From the sequence record DRR723986_28554: 35,818 bases of DNA. One strand, given 5' to 3'. A model generated the notes under the pieces. The model saw only the letters and a program-made list of their open reading frames with translations, was not told where the DNA came from and made no database searches. The translations under genes were made by a program, and so were the position numbers. This document shows, piece by piece, positions 26,339 through 35,816 of this stretch. Positions within the stretch are counted from its first letter, which is position 1. Each line of letters begins with the position of its first letter.

Positions 26339-28062
26339 TATTCTAATTCATAAACAACATCTCCATTAAATATAGTCATCACCACTTTAGTGTTTAGAAT
26401 TTTATCCTCAGAAACTGTCATTATATCTTGATCATAAATTGTGAAGTCGGCTAATTTTCCAACATTTATAGAGCCTTTTATGTCTTCTTCAAAGGCACCA
26501 TATGCTGCATCTAGTGTATAGGATTTTAAAGCTTGTTCCCTTGTCATTTTTTGTTCTGGTTCGTAGCCTCCTTCTGGAGTGCCTTTTAAAGTTTTTCTAC
26601 TGACACTAGCATAGAAACTTGGAATAGGATTTAATGGCTCAACAGGTACATCAGTGCCGTTAACAATAGGAACTCCACTTTGTAATAGATCTTGCCACAT
26701 ATAAGCACCTTCTTTGATACGCTTTTCGCCTAATCGATCTATTGCCCAAGGCCTGTCAGATGACATGTGTACTGCCTGCATTGCAGGTATTACATTTAAT
26801 GCAGCAAAACGTGGAATGTCTTCAGGATGTAAATGTTGTGCATGTTCTATTCTAAATCTATGATCTGTAGAAGCATCTGTCACTTCTTTAAGGGCGATTT
26901 CGTATCTATCCAGTATTTCTCTATTAGCTCTGTCGCCAATGGCATGAGAGCAAACCTGAAAGCCGTGTTTCAATCCGTTTATTGCAGTTTCTTTTACAAA
27001 TTCCATCGGTAAAGTTTCATGCCCAAAATGACCAGGTCTGTCTGAATACGGTTCTAACAACCAAGCTCCTCGAGATCCTAATGCTCCATCACAATTTAAT
27101 TTTACAGACCTAATAGTAAATAGATGATCCGAATCTACCATAGTACCTTTTTCAAACCACTCGCTAAGAAGTTCTTTATCCCAGCCGGTTAGCATGGCAT
27201 ATATACGAGTTTTCATTTTACCTTCTGACTTCATTTTTTTATACAAAGCAATAGTCTCTTTCGGAATACCCGCATCATGAAAACTTGTAATTCCATTTTT
27301 ATGACAAGCTTGCACCGCAAGTTCAAATGCTTTTGTGTCAGATTCAGGTGTCTTGTCTGGTATGTGCTGCGTTATTAATGTTTGAGCACGTTCATTAAAT
27401 ACTCCTGTTGGTCTGCCAAGTGCATCAACTAAAACTTCACCACCTTCTACTTCGTATTTTTTTACACCATCTAAAGCAATTTTTTGTAGACCTGCAATCT
27501 CCATAGCTTTGGCATTTGCAAAACCAGCATGGCCACTAGCATGTCTCAAATAGACAGGATTGTTAGGTGATACCGAACTTAATAAATGATGTGTCTGAAA
27601 CCCATGAACAGTTTCAGATGGCATACTATCCCATTTACTCTGGTGCCAGCCTCGTCCTGTAATCCATTCGCCTGGTTTAGCATTTTTAACTCGCTCTGCT
27701 ACAGCGTCAACAATTGCCTGATAGCTCGTCGTTTTCATAAGGTCGAGATTTAACTCATTATAACCCAAACCCATAAAATGACCATGACCCTCAATCAATC
27801 CTGGTGTCATTGTTTTATCTTTTAAATCAATAAGTTTTGTTTGATCGTTTTTATATTTTTCGGCCTCATCAAGGCTACCAGCAAATAGTATTTTGTCTCC
27901 CTTTGTTGCAACAGCCTCTACTTTAGGATTTGCTTCATCTACAGTATAAATGGTACCACCAAATATTAACATACTTGCATATTCTTTGTCGGGACTAGAA
28001 CATGCATTAATTATGAAAACTAATGATAAGAATGAGTAAACTTTTAATAAACGTAATGACAT
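26338..28062 (-). CDS. Amidohydrolase family 3 (YtcJ-like) lipoprotein
   Basis: Lipobox-like INAC; PGLIEGHGH, GRGW, SGHA, DGALGSRGA, HAIGDRAN, RIEHAQ, GTDVPVE, GKLADF. Confidence 0.9.
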   Translation of the reverse strand: MSLRLLKVYSFLSLVFIINACSSPDKEYASMLIFGGTIYTVDEANPKVEAVATKGDKILFAGSLDEAEKYKNDQTKLIDLKDKTMTPGLIEGHGHFMGLGYNELNLDLMKTTSYQAIVDAVAERVKNAKPGEWITGRGWHQSKWDSMPSETVHGFQTHHLLSSVSPNNPVYLRHASGHAGFANAKAMEIAGLQKIALDGVKKYEVEGGEVLVDALGRPTGVFNERAQTLITQHIPDKTPESDTKAFELAVQACHKNGITSFHDAGIPKETIALYKKMKSEGKMKTRIYAMLTGWDKELLSEWFEKGTMVDSDHLFTIRSVKLNCDGALGSRGAWLLEPYSDRPGHFGHETLPMEFVKETAINGLKHGFQVCSHAIGDRANREILDRYEIALKEVTDASTDHRFRIEHAQHLHPEDIPRFAALNVIPAMQAVHMSSDRPWAIDRLGEKRIKEGAYMWQDLLQSGVPIVNGTDVPVEPLNPIPSFYASVSRKTLKGTPEGGYEPEQKMTREQALKSYTLDAAYGAFEEDIKGSINVGKLADFTIYDQDIMTVSEDKILNTKVVMTIFNGDVVYELE

Positions 28063-28133
28063 AGCTAATGATTTTTTTTAAAGCCTGAAATTACAAAATT
28101 TATAAGAGTAGTACTAACTGATTTGTTGTAGAG

Positions 28134-28970
28134 CTATATACTAGAAAGAATATGTTCTGTTTTAAAATAAGGAATGTTATTAAACGACTCAGAATTAGCA
28201 TTGAGGTTATTCGCATTCAATCTTTTAAATTTCATAAAAGCAGAAGTATCAAAAACCTCCCATATAATTAATTCATTTAATCTGCCAGATTTTGTTTTTA
28301 TTTCAATTTTATTTCTAGCAATGAATTTTTCTACTAGCTTTATATCAGCCATACGAGTTATTTTCTGTGAGTTATGGCCATTATAAATTTTATACTCCAC
28401 CCAATAAGATTTTGTCTTAGTATTAGTGTTAACCGATAGGTTGCCAATAGTTTTTAGATCATTTCCTTTGTGAATTGATGAGGTGGCACTTAGTGCAGTA
28501 GACTCATCATCTAAGGCTTTTTATTTATTTGTGATTTCATTTGGTTTGTCTATAGCTTGTGTAACCTTTTTACTTTTTAAGGTCTCTTTTTCTACATCTA
28601 TAAAAGGTTCGTTGCGTAAAAGTGTTATTACTATAAGTTTGTCAACAAGGGTTGCTTCTACTAAAAATTTACTGAGAGGTACATAGTGCAGAGGAATAGT
28701 CACTTTCTTGTCTTTAACATGTACTTTTCTTTCAAAAGTGTTATTAAAGATTTCAACCGTATATATTTTACGTTCGCCTTCTAGTATAAGGCTGTCACCT
28801 GTAGAATTAAGTTTATGGTTTAATTCTTTCGCACGAACATTTACATTTTGAATGAGTTTGGATTTTTGCCCATATCCAACAAGAGATAACAGTACAAAGC
28901 CAAATACGAATATTTGCTTTAACATAAGTTTCATTTTTATATTATGAATACTTTGAATCAAAATATTCAT
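28134..28970 (-). pseudogene. Exported hypothetical protein gene interrupted by one in-frame TAA (28521-28523)
   Basis: ORFs 28521..28970 and 28134..28400 share a frame, and the 40 codons between them are stop-free (KALDDESTALSATSSIHKGNDLKTIGNLSVNTNTKTKSYW). The true start may be 28934 or 28925. Confidence 0.8.
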
Positions 28971-29148
28971 AAAGGTTAATAGCGATTTGTTTAACTAAAA
29001 TATAGTATGAGATGAGTTTGTGATTAAAATTAAGATGCATTACTATTTTTATAGTTTAGATGCTAAGGTCTAGGTTGTAAAGCAAAAAACTAGTTATAAA
29101 ATATCATACGCCACATCGAATTAAGACGTATTTTAATTAAATTCGCTT

Positions 29149-29769
29149 ATGCGAAAAATACTTTTTGGTGTCATTATTACTCTGGTCATTTTATTTACAT
29201 TTAAATATTGTGGCGAAAGGAGAGAAGAGAAGATTGTACTACAGGAAAATTCGGCTTTGATTCAAGAACAAATAAAAAATGTAGGTAAACTAGTGGTTAC
29301 CGAAGGGCATTTTAGTGAGGTGTTTACATATCAGAATTCAAAAGCAATTTTTGGTGATTGGTTAGAGGCTGAGAAAAAAGCGGTAGTTATAGTTAAAGCA
29401 GACGTATCAATAGGCTATGATTTAAGTAAGATTGAATATGAAATTGATGAGGTCAATAAGAAATTGAAGATTCTAAATATACCAACAGAAGAAGTTAAGA
29501 TTAGTCCAGATTTTGAGTATTACGATATTCAGGCTGATTTTTTAAATCAGTTTGAAGCCAAAGACTATAATGAGATTAAGAAAACGGTTAATGAATCATT
29601 AATGAGAAAGATTGAAAGCTCAGATTTAAAGTCTAATGCCAAAAACAGATTAGTAAGTGAATTAGCTAAATTTTATATTCTTACCAATTCTTTAGGCTGG
29701 ACTTTAGAGTATAATGAAACACCAATATCATCTCCGGAAATACTTCAAACCATCAATTTAAAGTTGTGA
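29149..29769 (+). CDS. DUF4230 family membrane-anchored protein
   Basis: N-terminal TM, IKNVGKLVVTEG, KKAVVIVKADVSIGYDLSK, AKNR. Confidence 0.8.
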   Translation: MRKILFGVIITLVILFTFKYCGERREEKIVLQENSALIQEQIKNVGKLVVTEGHFSEVFTYQNSKAIFGDWLEAEKKAVVIVKADVSIGYDLSKIEYEIDEVNKKLKILNIPTEEVKISPDFEYYDIQADFLNQFEAKDYNEIKKTVNESLMRKIESSDLKSNAKNRLVSELAKFYILTNSLGWTLEYNETPISSPEILQTINLKL

Positions 29770-30341
29770 GTAAAAAGTCAGAATCGCGTAAGGAAGAAAT
29801 TATAAGAGTAGCAGCAAAGCTTTTTAGGGATAAAGGTTACAGTGCTGTTACCATGCGCGATTTGGCTACGACGATGGGAATAAAGGCGGCAAGTTTATAT
29901 AATCACATAAGCTCCAAACAAGAAATACTTCAGCTAATTGTTATAGCATTAGCTGAAGAATTCACTTCAGAAATGAGGTCAATACATTCTTCAAATGCCT
30001 CGTGTATTGATAAATTAAATAGAATTATTGAATTGCATGTTAAACTCTCTAGCCAGAATAGTTATGGTATGGCGTGTTTAAATAACGATTGGATGCACCT
30101 AGAGGAAAAATTAGATTATTATAAATCATTGAGAACAGACTACGAAAATGATTTTAGACAAATTCTTGAAGATGGTATAAATAAAGGCGAAATTATCGAT
30201 GTAAAACCAGAAATAATGATGTTCTCAATTTTAACCACCTTGAGATCTTTATATGTTTGGATTCCCAAAAAAGAAGATAAAAATCTCCTACAGCTATCAA
30301 ATACACTTAGTGAAATCCTTATTAAAGGAATTAACAAATAG
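29766..30341 (+). CDS. TetR/AcrR family regulator (probable PaaR-type repressor of the paa operon)
   Basis: HTH AAKLFRDKGYSAVTMRDLA..GIKAASLYNHISSKQEIL; directly upstream of the paa genes; GTGA overlap with the DUF4230 gene. Confidence 0.88.
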   Translation: MSKKSESRKEEIIRVAAKLFRDKGYSAVTMRDLATTMGIKAASLYNHISSKQEILQLIVIALAEEFTSEMRSIHSSNASCIDKLNRIIELHVKLSSQNSYGMACLNNDWMHLEEKLDYYKSLRTDYENDFRQILEDGINKGEIIDVKPEIMMFSILTTLRSLYVWIPKKEDKNLLQLSNTLSEILIKGINK

Positions 30342-30357
30342 TTTAGATATTATTTTT

Positions 30358-30365
30358 TAACTTTG
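30358..30365 (+). promoter_or_regulatory. -7 element (TAACTTTG) of the paa promoter
   Basis: Exact TAnnTTTG match 43 nt before paaE. Confidence 0.65.
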
Positions 30366-30372
30366 CTTCATT

Positions 30373-30390
30373 AACTAACAAGTGTTAGTT
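30373..30390. promoter_or_regulatory. Palindromic operator AACTAACA-AG-TGTTAGTT (putative TetR/PaaR site)
   Basis: Perfect 8-2-8 inverted repeat just downstream of the -7 element, near the expected transcription start. Confidence 0.78.
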
Positions 30391-30408
30391 TATAAGATGT
30401 AAATCAAT

Positions 30409-31482
30409 ATGGCAGCATTTCACCTTTTAAAAGTTTCAGATATTTACAAAGAGACTGATGATACGTCTGTAGTTACTTTTCAAATTCCTGAGGAATTACG
30501 CGAAGATTTCAAATTTAGGCAAGGTCAACATTTAACCTTAAAGGCAGATATCAATAGAGAAGATGTTCGCCGGTCTTATTCTTTGTGTTCTAGTCCTGTA
30601 GAGAATAAATGGCAAGTTGCGGTAAAGCAAATTCCAGGTGGTAAGTTTTCAACGTTTATTAATGAAGAAGTGAAAAGTGGAGATACTCTTGAGGTCATGG
30701 CGCCAAGCGGAACTTTTGGTGTAGAGGTAAAAGAGAATGCGTCAAAAAACTATTTGTTTTTTGCTGCAGGTAGTGGCATTACGCCTGTATTGTCAATGAT
30801 TAAGACTCATTTAGCAAAAGAAGATAACTCAACTTGTAAGTTGTTTTATGTCAATAAAACCGCAAAATCTATTATCTTTAAAGAAGAGCTAGAGCAACTA
30901 AGAAACACCTATTTTGGTAGATTAGAAATATATTATTTCTTAACCAAAGAACGAAGAGATATTGAGCTTTTTAATGGTCGATTTGATCATGATAAGATGA
31001 AGGTGCTTTGCAATACTTTTATTGATATTCCAGATACGAGTGAAGTGTTTCTTTGCGGTCCAGAAAAAATGGTAAATTATGTTAGTGAATATCTTGTTAA
31101 TGCAGGTTTACCAAAAGAATTAGTGCATTTTGAGTTATTTGTAACTGGTCTGTCAGAAGAAGATATAAAGCGACAAGAACGACTGGCAAAGCAAAATGTT
31201 GAAGGTATTGAGGTGACCATTGTAGATGGAGGGAAAGAATTCTTGTTCACTATGACAAAGGAGTACGATAATATCTTAGATGCGGCCTTAGGTGCCGGAG
31301 CAGATTTACCTTTTGCCTGTAAAGGTGGCGTTTGTAGCACATGTAAATGTGAAGTAAAACAAGGTGAAGTAGAAATGAAAATTAATTATGCTTTAGATGA
31401 TAAAGAAGTTGCTCAGAATTTAGTATTAAGTTGCCAGGCTGTACCAACTACGGACAAAGTTGTAGTAGACTTTGATGTCTAA
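30409..31482 (+). CDS. paaE: Phenylacetyl-CoA epoxidase reductase subunit (FAD/NAD(P)H-binding plus 2Fe-2S)
   Basis: GQHLT, RSYSL, GGKFS, AAGSGITP, FLCGP, ELF; ferredoxin CKGGVCSTC...LSCQ. Confidence 0.93.
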   Translation: MAAFHLLKVSDIYKETDDTSVVTFQIPEELREDFKFRQGQHLTLKADINREDVRRSYSLCSSPVENKWQVAVKQIPGGKFSTFINEEVKSGDTLEVMAPSGTFGVEVKENASKNYLFFAAGSGITPVLSMIKTHLAKEDNSTCKLFYVNKTAKSIIFKEELEQLRNTYFGRLEIYYFLTKERRDIELFNGRFDHDKMKVLCNTFIDIPDTSEVFLCGPEKMVNYVSEYLVNAGLPKELVHFELFVTGLSEEDIKRQERLAKQNVEGIEVTIVDGGKEFLFTMTKEYDNILDAALGAGADLPFACKGGVCSTCKCEVKQGEVEMKINYALDDKEVAQNLVLSCQAVPTTDKVVVDFDV

Positions 31483-31533
31483 AAAATAAATTGAAAAAGA
31501 AAAATAAGTTTTACCAGCTAAAAACTAAAAACT

Positions 31534-32490
31534 ATGAGTGAAGAACAAATTAGAAGTTTAGAAAGACAATTTAATGAGCGCATTGAGCGTGATGAAAAAA
31601 TTGAGCCTAAGGATTGGATGCCTGAGAAATATCGTAAAACACACATTAGGCAGATATCTCAGCATGCACATTCTGAAATTGTAGGGATGTTACCAGAAGG
31701 TAATTGGATAACTAGAGCTCCTTCATTAAGACGTAAAGTGGCTTTATTAGCAAAGGTTCAGGATGAAGCTGGCCATGGATTATATCTATATAGTGCTTGT
31801 GAAACTTTAGGAGTTTCTAGAAATGAATTATACGAGCAATTACATACTGGTAAGGCGAAATATTCGAGTATTTTTAACTATCCAACAATTACTTGGGCAG
31901 ACATGGGTGCCATTGGTTGGTTAGTAGATGGTGCTGCAATTATCAATCAGGTGCCATTATGTAATACGTCATATGGTCCTTACGCTAGAGCTATGATTCG
32001 TGTGTGTAAGGAAGAGAGTTTCCATCAACGCCAAGGATTTGAGATAATGCTAAAATTAGCTAACGGAACACCAGAGCAAAAAGAAATGGCACAAGATGCC
32101 TTAAATCGTTGGTGGTGGCCTAGTTTAATGATGTTAGGACCAACTGATGATAAATCGGTTCATACAGAGCAGTCCATGAAATGGAAATTGAAGCGTAAAA
32201 CTAATGACGAATTACGCCAGCAATTTATAGATCAGACCGTACCACAAGCCGACGTATTAGGGTTAACCATACCAGATAAAGATTTAAAATGGAATGAAGA
32301 ACGCCAAAGTTATGACTTTGGAGAAATTGATTGGGATGAATTCTGGCAGGTCGTCAAAGGTCATGGGCCAATGAATAAGGAGCGGATGAAAGCTAGAGTT
32401 GGAGCATGGGAACGTGGTGAATGGGTAAGAGATGCAGCAATGGCTTATGCAGAAAAGAAAGAAAATAGAAAAGAAAAACAAGCAGTATAA
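31534..32490 (+). CDS. paaA: Phenylacetyl-CoA epoxidase catalytic subunit A
   Basis: [53 protein letters not shown] diiron ligands. Confidence 0.97.
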   Translation: MSEEQIRSLERQFNERIERDEKIEPKDWMPEKYRKTHIRQISQHAHSEIVGMLPEGNWITRAPSLRRKVALLAKVQDEAGHGLYLYSACETLGVSRNELYEQLHTGKAKYSSIFNYPTITWADMGAIGWLVDGAAIINQVPLCNTSYGPYARAMIRVCKEESFHQRQGFEIMLKLANGTPEQKEMAQDALNRWWWPSLMMLGPTDDKSVHTEQSMKWKLKRKTNDELRQQFIDQTVPQADVLGLTIPDKDLKWNEERQSYDFGEIDWDEFWQVVKGHGPMNKERMKARVGAWERGEWVRDAAMAYAEKKENRKEKQAV

Positions 32491-32501
32491 AACTAAAGAT
32501 T

Positions 32502-32789
32502 ATGTCAGCTAAAAATTGGCCTTTATGGGAAGTCTTCGTGAGAAGCAAAAACGGATTAGAGCATAGGCACTGCGGAAGTTTGCATGCAGCAGATGAGGAA
32601 ATGGCTTTAGAAAATGCGCGTGATGTATATACGCGTAGAATGGAAGGTGTAAGTATTTGGGTAGTTGAATCCAAGCATATTACAGCTTCAAATCCAGAAA
32701 ATAATGGTGAGTTATTTGAGCCAGCTCAGGATAAAGTGTATCGTCATCCAACCTTTTATGATTTACCAGACGAAGTAAAACATATGTGA
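32502..32789 (+). CDS. paaB: Phenylacetyl-CoA epoxidase subunit B
   Basis: WPLWEVFVR, GSLHAAD, ARDVYTRR, EGVSIWVV, KVYRHPTFY. Confidence 0.97.
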   Translation: MSAKNWPLWEVFVRSKNGLEHRHCGSLHAADEEMALENARDVYTRRMEGVSIWVVESKHITASNPENNGELFEPAQDKVYRHPTFYDLPDEVKHM

Positions 32790-33544
32790 TGAAAAACGAA
32801 AACTTATATAACTATATACTTGGTATTGCCGATAATAGCCTAATTCTTGGACAAAGAATGGGTGAGTTATGTGGTCATGGTCCGAGTTTAGAAACAGATA
32901 TTGCTTGTACTAATATTTCATTAGATTTATTCGGACAGGTACGTAGTTACTTTCAGTATGCTGGTAAGATTGCAGGAGATGGAAGAACTGAAGATGATAT
33001 TGCGATGTTACGTAAAGAACGTGAGTATAAAAATGTATTATTAGCAGAACAGCCAAATACGAATTTTGCCTACACGATAGGACGTCAATTTTTGTTCGAT
33101 GTTTATCATTTAGCATTTCTTTCTGAACTGCAGAAAAGTTCAGATTTAACCTTGTCGGCTATTGCAAACAAGTGTATAAAAGAAGTGAGTTATCATGAAC
33201 GCTTTTCTTCGGATTGGGTGAAGCGATTAGGTGATGGTACTGAAGAAAGCAGAAGTAAAATGCAAGAGGCTATCAATGATTTATGGACATATACAGATGA
33301 ACTATTTCATCAAACGGATGCTGATAAAGCAATGGTTAATGAAGGTGTCGGTGTAGATGTTACCAAGCTTAAAGAAGGATACTATAGGTTTGTTTCGGAG
33401 CTACTTGAAGAAGCAACCTTAGAAGTGCCTGAATCAAAATATTTTCAAAAAGGAGGTAAGCAAGGTATCCATACAGAGCATTTAGGTTATTTGCTGAGCG
33501 ACTTACAATATATGCAACGAACCTATCCGAATATGGAATGGTAA
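32789..33544 (+). CDS. paaC: Phenylacetyl-CoA epoxidase subunit C
   Basis: DNSLILGQR, CGHGPSLETDIA, KEVSYH, WVKRLGDGTEES, HTEHLGYLL..QYMQRTYP..W; ATG 32789 coupled to paaB (TGATG). Confidence 0.96.
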   Translation: MKNENLYNYILGIADNSLILGQRMGELCGHGPSLETDIACTNISLDLFGQVRSYFQYAGKIAGDGRTEDDIAMLRKEREYKNVLLAEQPNTNFAYTIGRQFLFDVYHLAFLSELQKSSDLTLSAIANKCIKEVSYHERFSSDWVKRLGDGTEESRSKMQEAINDLWTYTDELFHQTDADKAMVNEGVGVDVTKLKEGYYRFVSELLEEATLEVPESKYFQKGGKQGIHTEHLGYLLSDLQYMQRTYPNMEW

Positions 33545-33545
33545 C

Positions 33546-34046
33546 ATGACTGCCACAAAACAAAATATTGATCAAAGGTTAGTTTCAATACTGGATCAGG
33601 TTTCAGATCCTGAAATTCCAGTTTTGTCCATTATGGACATGGGAGTGGTTAGATCTGCAATAATTATTAATGATATTGTGAAGGTTGAAATTACACCAAC
33701 CTATAGTGGATGTCCTGCAATGGATGTAATTGGTGATGATATCAAAAAAGCATTAAGTGAAGCAGGTTACCAATCAGAAATCGACTTAATTTTATATCCA
33801 GCTTGGACAACCGATTGGATAACAACTAGAGGTAGAAAAGCATTAGAAGAATACGGAATTGCAGCTCCATTAGAGGCTGAAGCTGATAAAAGCGTTTTGT
33901 TAGAAGGAAAGCGATTAGTAAAATGCCCACAATGCAGTTCTACTAACACAAGATTAGTAAGTCAATTTGGTTCTACGGCATGCAAAGCTCAATTTCAATG
34001 CGATGATTGTCAAGAACCGTTTGATTATTTTAAATGTCTTAAATAG
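33546..34046 (+). CDS. paaD: Phenylacetyl-CoA epoxidase subunit D (SufT-like maturation protein)
   Basis: DPEIPVLSI, TPTYSGCPA, AWTTDWI, CPQC, FGSTACKA, CDDCQEPFDYFKC. Confidence 0.96.
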   Translation: MTATKQNIDQRLVSILDQVSDPEIPVLSIMDMGVVRSAIIINDIVKVEITPTYSGCPAMDVIGDDIKKALSEAGYQSEIDLILYPAWTTDWITTRGRKALEEYGIAAPLEAEADKSVLLEGKRLVKCPQCSSTNTRLVSQFGSTACKAQFQCDDCQEPFDYFKCLK

Positions 34047-34063
34047 ACAACAAAAACATAGGT

Positions 34064-34849
34064 ATGAGTAATAATTCAATTCTACTTAAGATTGAAAACA
34101 AAGTAGCGTATATAACGTTAAACAGACCAGCAGTATTCAATAGCTTCAATCGTGAAATGGCTTTGAATCTTCAAAATATTTTAGATGATTGTGAGTCCAA
34201 TAAAGAGGTAAGAGCCATCGTTCTTACCGGCAATGGCAAGGCTTTTTGTGCAGGACAAGATTTAAAAGAGGTTACTGATCCAGAATTAAATCCTGGATTT
34301 AAAAAGATTTTGGAAGAACACTACAATCCAATCATCACAAGATTACGGTCTATTAAAAAACCAATTATTGGAGCTGTAAATGGTGTTGCCGCTGGCGCTG
34401 GTGCTAATATTGCCTTAGCATGTGATATTGTGGTAGCACATGAAAAAGTGAGTTTTATTCAAGCCTTTAGCTTAATTGGTTTGGTTCCTGATAGTGCAGG
34501 AACTTTCTTTTTACCACGATTAATTGGTTTTCAAAAAGCACAGGCCTTAGCAATGCTAGGAGATAAAATTTCGGCTGTTGATGCCGAAAAAATGGGAATG
34601 ATTTATAAGTCTGTTGCATTAGAAAATTTTGAAGAAACAATAAACCAACTAGCTATTAAATTGGCAAATATGCCAACTAAAGCGTTAGGTCTAATCAAAG
34701 AATTATTTAATAAGTCAATGACCAATACTTTAGAGGATCAATTGACTTTAGAATCAAAATTGCAAATTGAAGCTGCAAGTAGTAACGATTATGCTGAAGG
34801 TGTTGCGGCATTTATAGAAAAGCGTAAGCCAAATTTCAAGGGCAACTAA
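34064..34849 (+). CDS. paaG: Crotonase-family isomerase, probable ring-1,2-epoxyphenylacetyl-CoA isomerase
   Basis: FCAGQDL, YNP, VNGVAAGAGANIALACD, FIQAF..IGLVPDSAG with the single catalytic Asp typical of PaaG. Confidence 0.88.
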   Translation: MSNNSILLKIENKVAYITLNRPAVFNSFNREMALNLQNILDDCESNKEVRAIVLTGNGKAFCAGQDLKEVTDPELNPGFKKILEEHYNPIITRLRSIKKPIIGAVNGVAAGAGANIALACDIVVAHEKVSFIQAFSLIGLVPDSAGTFFLPRLIGFQKAQALAMLGDKISAVDAEKMGMIYKSVALENFEETINQLAIKLANMPTKALGLIKELFNKSMTNTLEDQLTLESKLQIEAASSNDYAEGVAAFIEKRKPNFKGN

Positions 34850-35785
34850 TTGAATAAAGATAGCCTCATAGAAGTTCACAATAGAATAAAACCATTTATT
34901 CATAAGACACCGGTTCTAAGCTCAAGTCTAATAAATGAAATGGTTGGCGCAGACATTGTGTTCAAATGTGAGAACTTTCAAAAGATGGGAGCCTTTAAAA
35001 TGCGTGGTGCAGCTAATGCGATTTTATCCTTATCTGAAGAAGAACGACAACGTGGTGTGGTAACACATTCCTCAGGTAATTTTGCTCAAGCCGTATCGAA
35101 AGCTGCTCAGAAATTAGGAGTAAAGGCTTATATCGTAATGCCAGAAAATGCACCTCAAGTCAAAAAAGATGGTGTAAAGACATATGAAGGTGAAATCATA
35201 GAATGCGAATCTACACCTCAGGCAAGAGAGGCTACAGCAAATAAAATTAAAGAAGAAAAAGGAGCGACTTTCTTACATCCTTCAAACCAGGATGAGGTTA
35301 TTTATGGAAATAGTACTGCTGCGATGGAATTATTAGAAGAATGTCCAGAATTAGATGTAATTTTAATTCCAGTAGGTGGAGGTGGATTAGTTGCTGGTAC
35401 AGCATTAGCAGCTCATTATTTCTCAAGTAAATGCAGAGTGATTGGTGGAGAACCTATGGAAGCGGATGATGCTTATCGTTCTTTAATATCTGGTAAAATA
35501 GAAACTAATGATAGTTTTCATACAGTAGCTGATGGATTGAGAACCCATCTTGGTGATCGAAATTTTCCAATCATTAAAAAGCACGTTGAGAAAATTATAA
35601 GAGTTGAAGAAGATGAAATCATCAATGCTATGCAGTTGATTTGGGAACGAATGAAAATCATTATAGAGCCATCATGTGCTGTCCCTTTTGCTGCAGTATT
35701 AAAGAACAAAGAAGAATTTAAAAATAAAAACGTCGGAATCATTTTATCTGGCGGAAATGTAGATGTGACAAACCTTCCATTTTAA
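34850..35785 (+). CDS. Fold-type II PLP enzyme of the serine racemase / threonine ammonia-lyase family, no regulatory domain
   Basis: KCENFQKMGAFKMRGA (PLP Lys), THSSGN, PVGGGGL, ADGL, IEPS, ILSGGN; TTG start abutting the paaG stop. Confidence 0.88.
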   Translation: MNKDSLIEVHNRIKPFIHKTPVLSSSLINEMVGADIVFKCENFQKMGAFKMRGAANAILSLSEEERQRGVVTHSSGNFAQAVSKAAQKLGVKAYIVMPENAPQVKKDGVKTYEGEIIECESTPQAREATANKIKEEKGATFLHPSNQDEVIYGNSTAAMELLEECPELDVILIPVGGGGLVAGTALAAHYFSSKCRVIGGEPMEADDAYRSLISGKIETNDSFHTVADGLRTHLGDRNFPIIKKHVEKIIRVEEDEIINAMQLIWERMKIIIEPSCAVPFAAVLKNKEEFKNKNVGIILSGGNVDVTNLPF

Positions 35786-35789
35786 GGTT

Positions 35790-35816
35790 TGTCATCCTGA
35801 ACTTGTTTCAGGATCT
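35790..35816. repeat. REP-like palindrome TGTC-ATCCTGAA-CTTGT-TTCAGGAT-CT
   Basis: 8-bp inverted repeat with a 5' TGTC tag, 4 nt after a stop codon and without a U-tract; resembles (C/T)GTC-tagged extragenic palindromes. Only one copy is visible, at the window edge. Confidence 0.6.

Noticed and set aside
28521-28523. Programmed read-through or recoding of the internal stop
   Set aside because: The codon is TAA, not TGA or TAG, and I saw no recoding structure; mutation or sequencing error is simpler.
1511-35742. Short ORFs antisense to or nested in larger genes (e.g. 1511-1711, 2399-2686, 11488-11838, 14585-14818, 20947-21195, 24590-24871, 31077-31340, 32393-32674, 35518-35742)
   Set aside because: They lie within or opposite well-supported genes and have no recognisable motifs; they are consistent with shadow ORFs.
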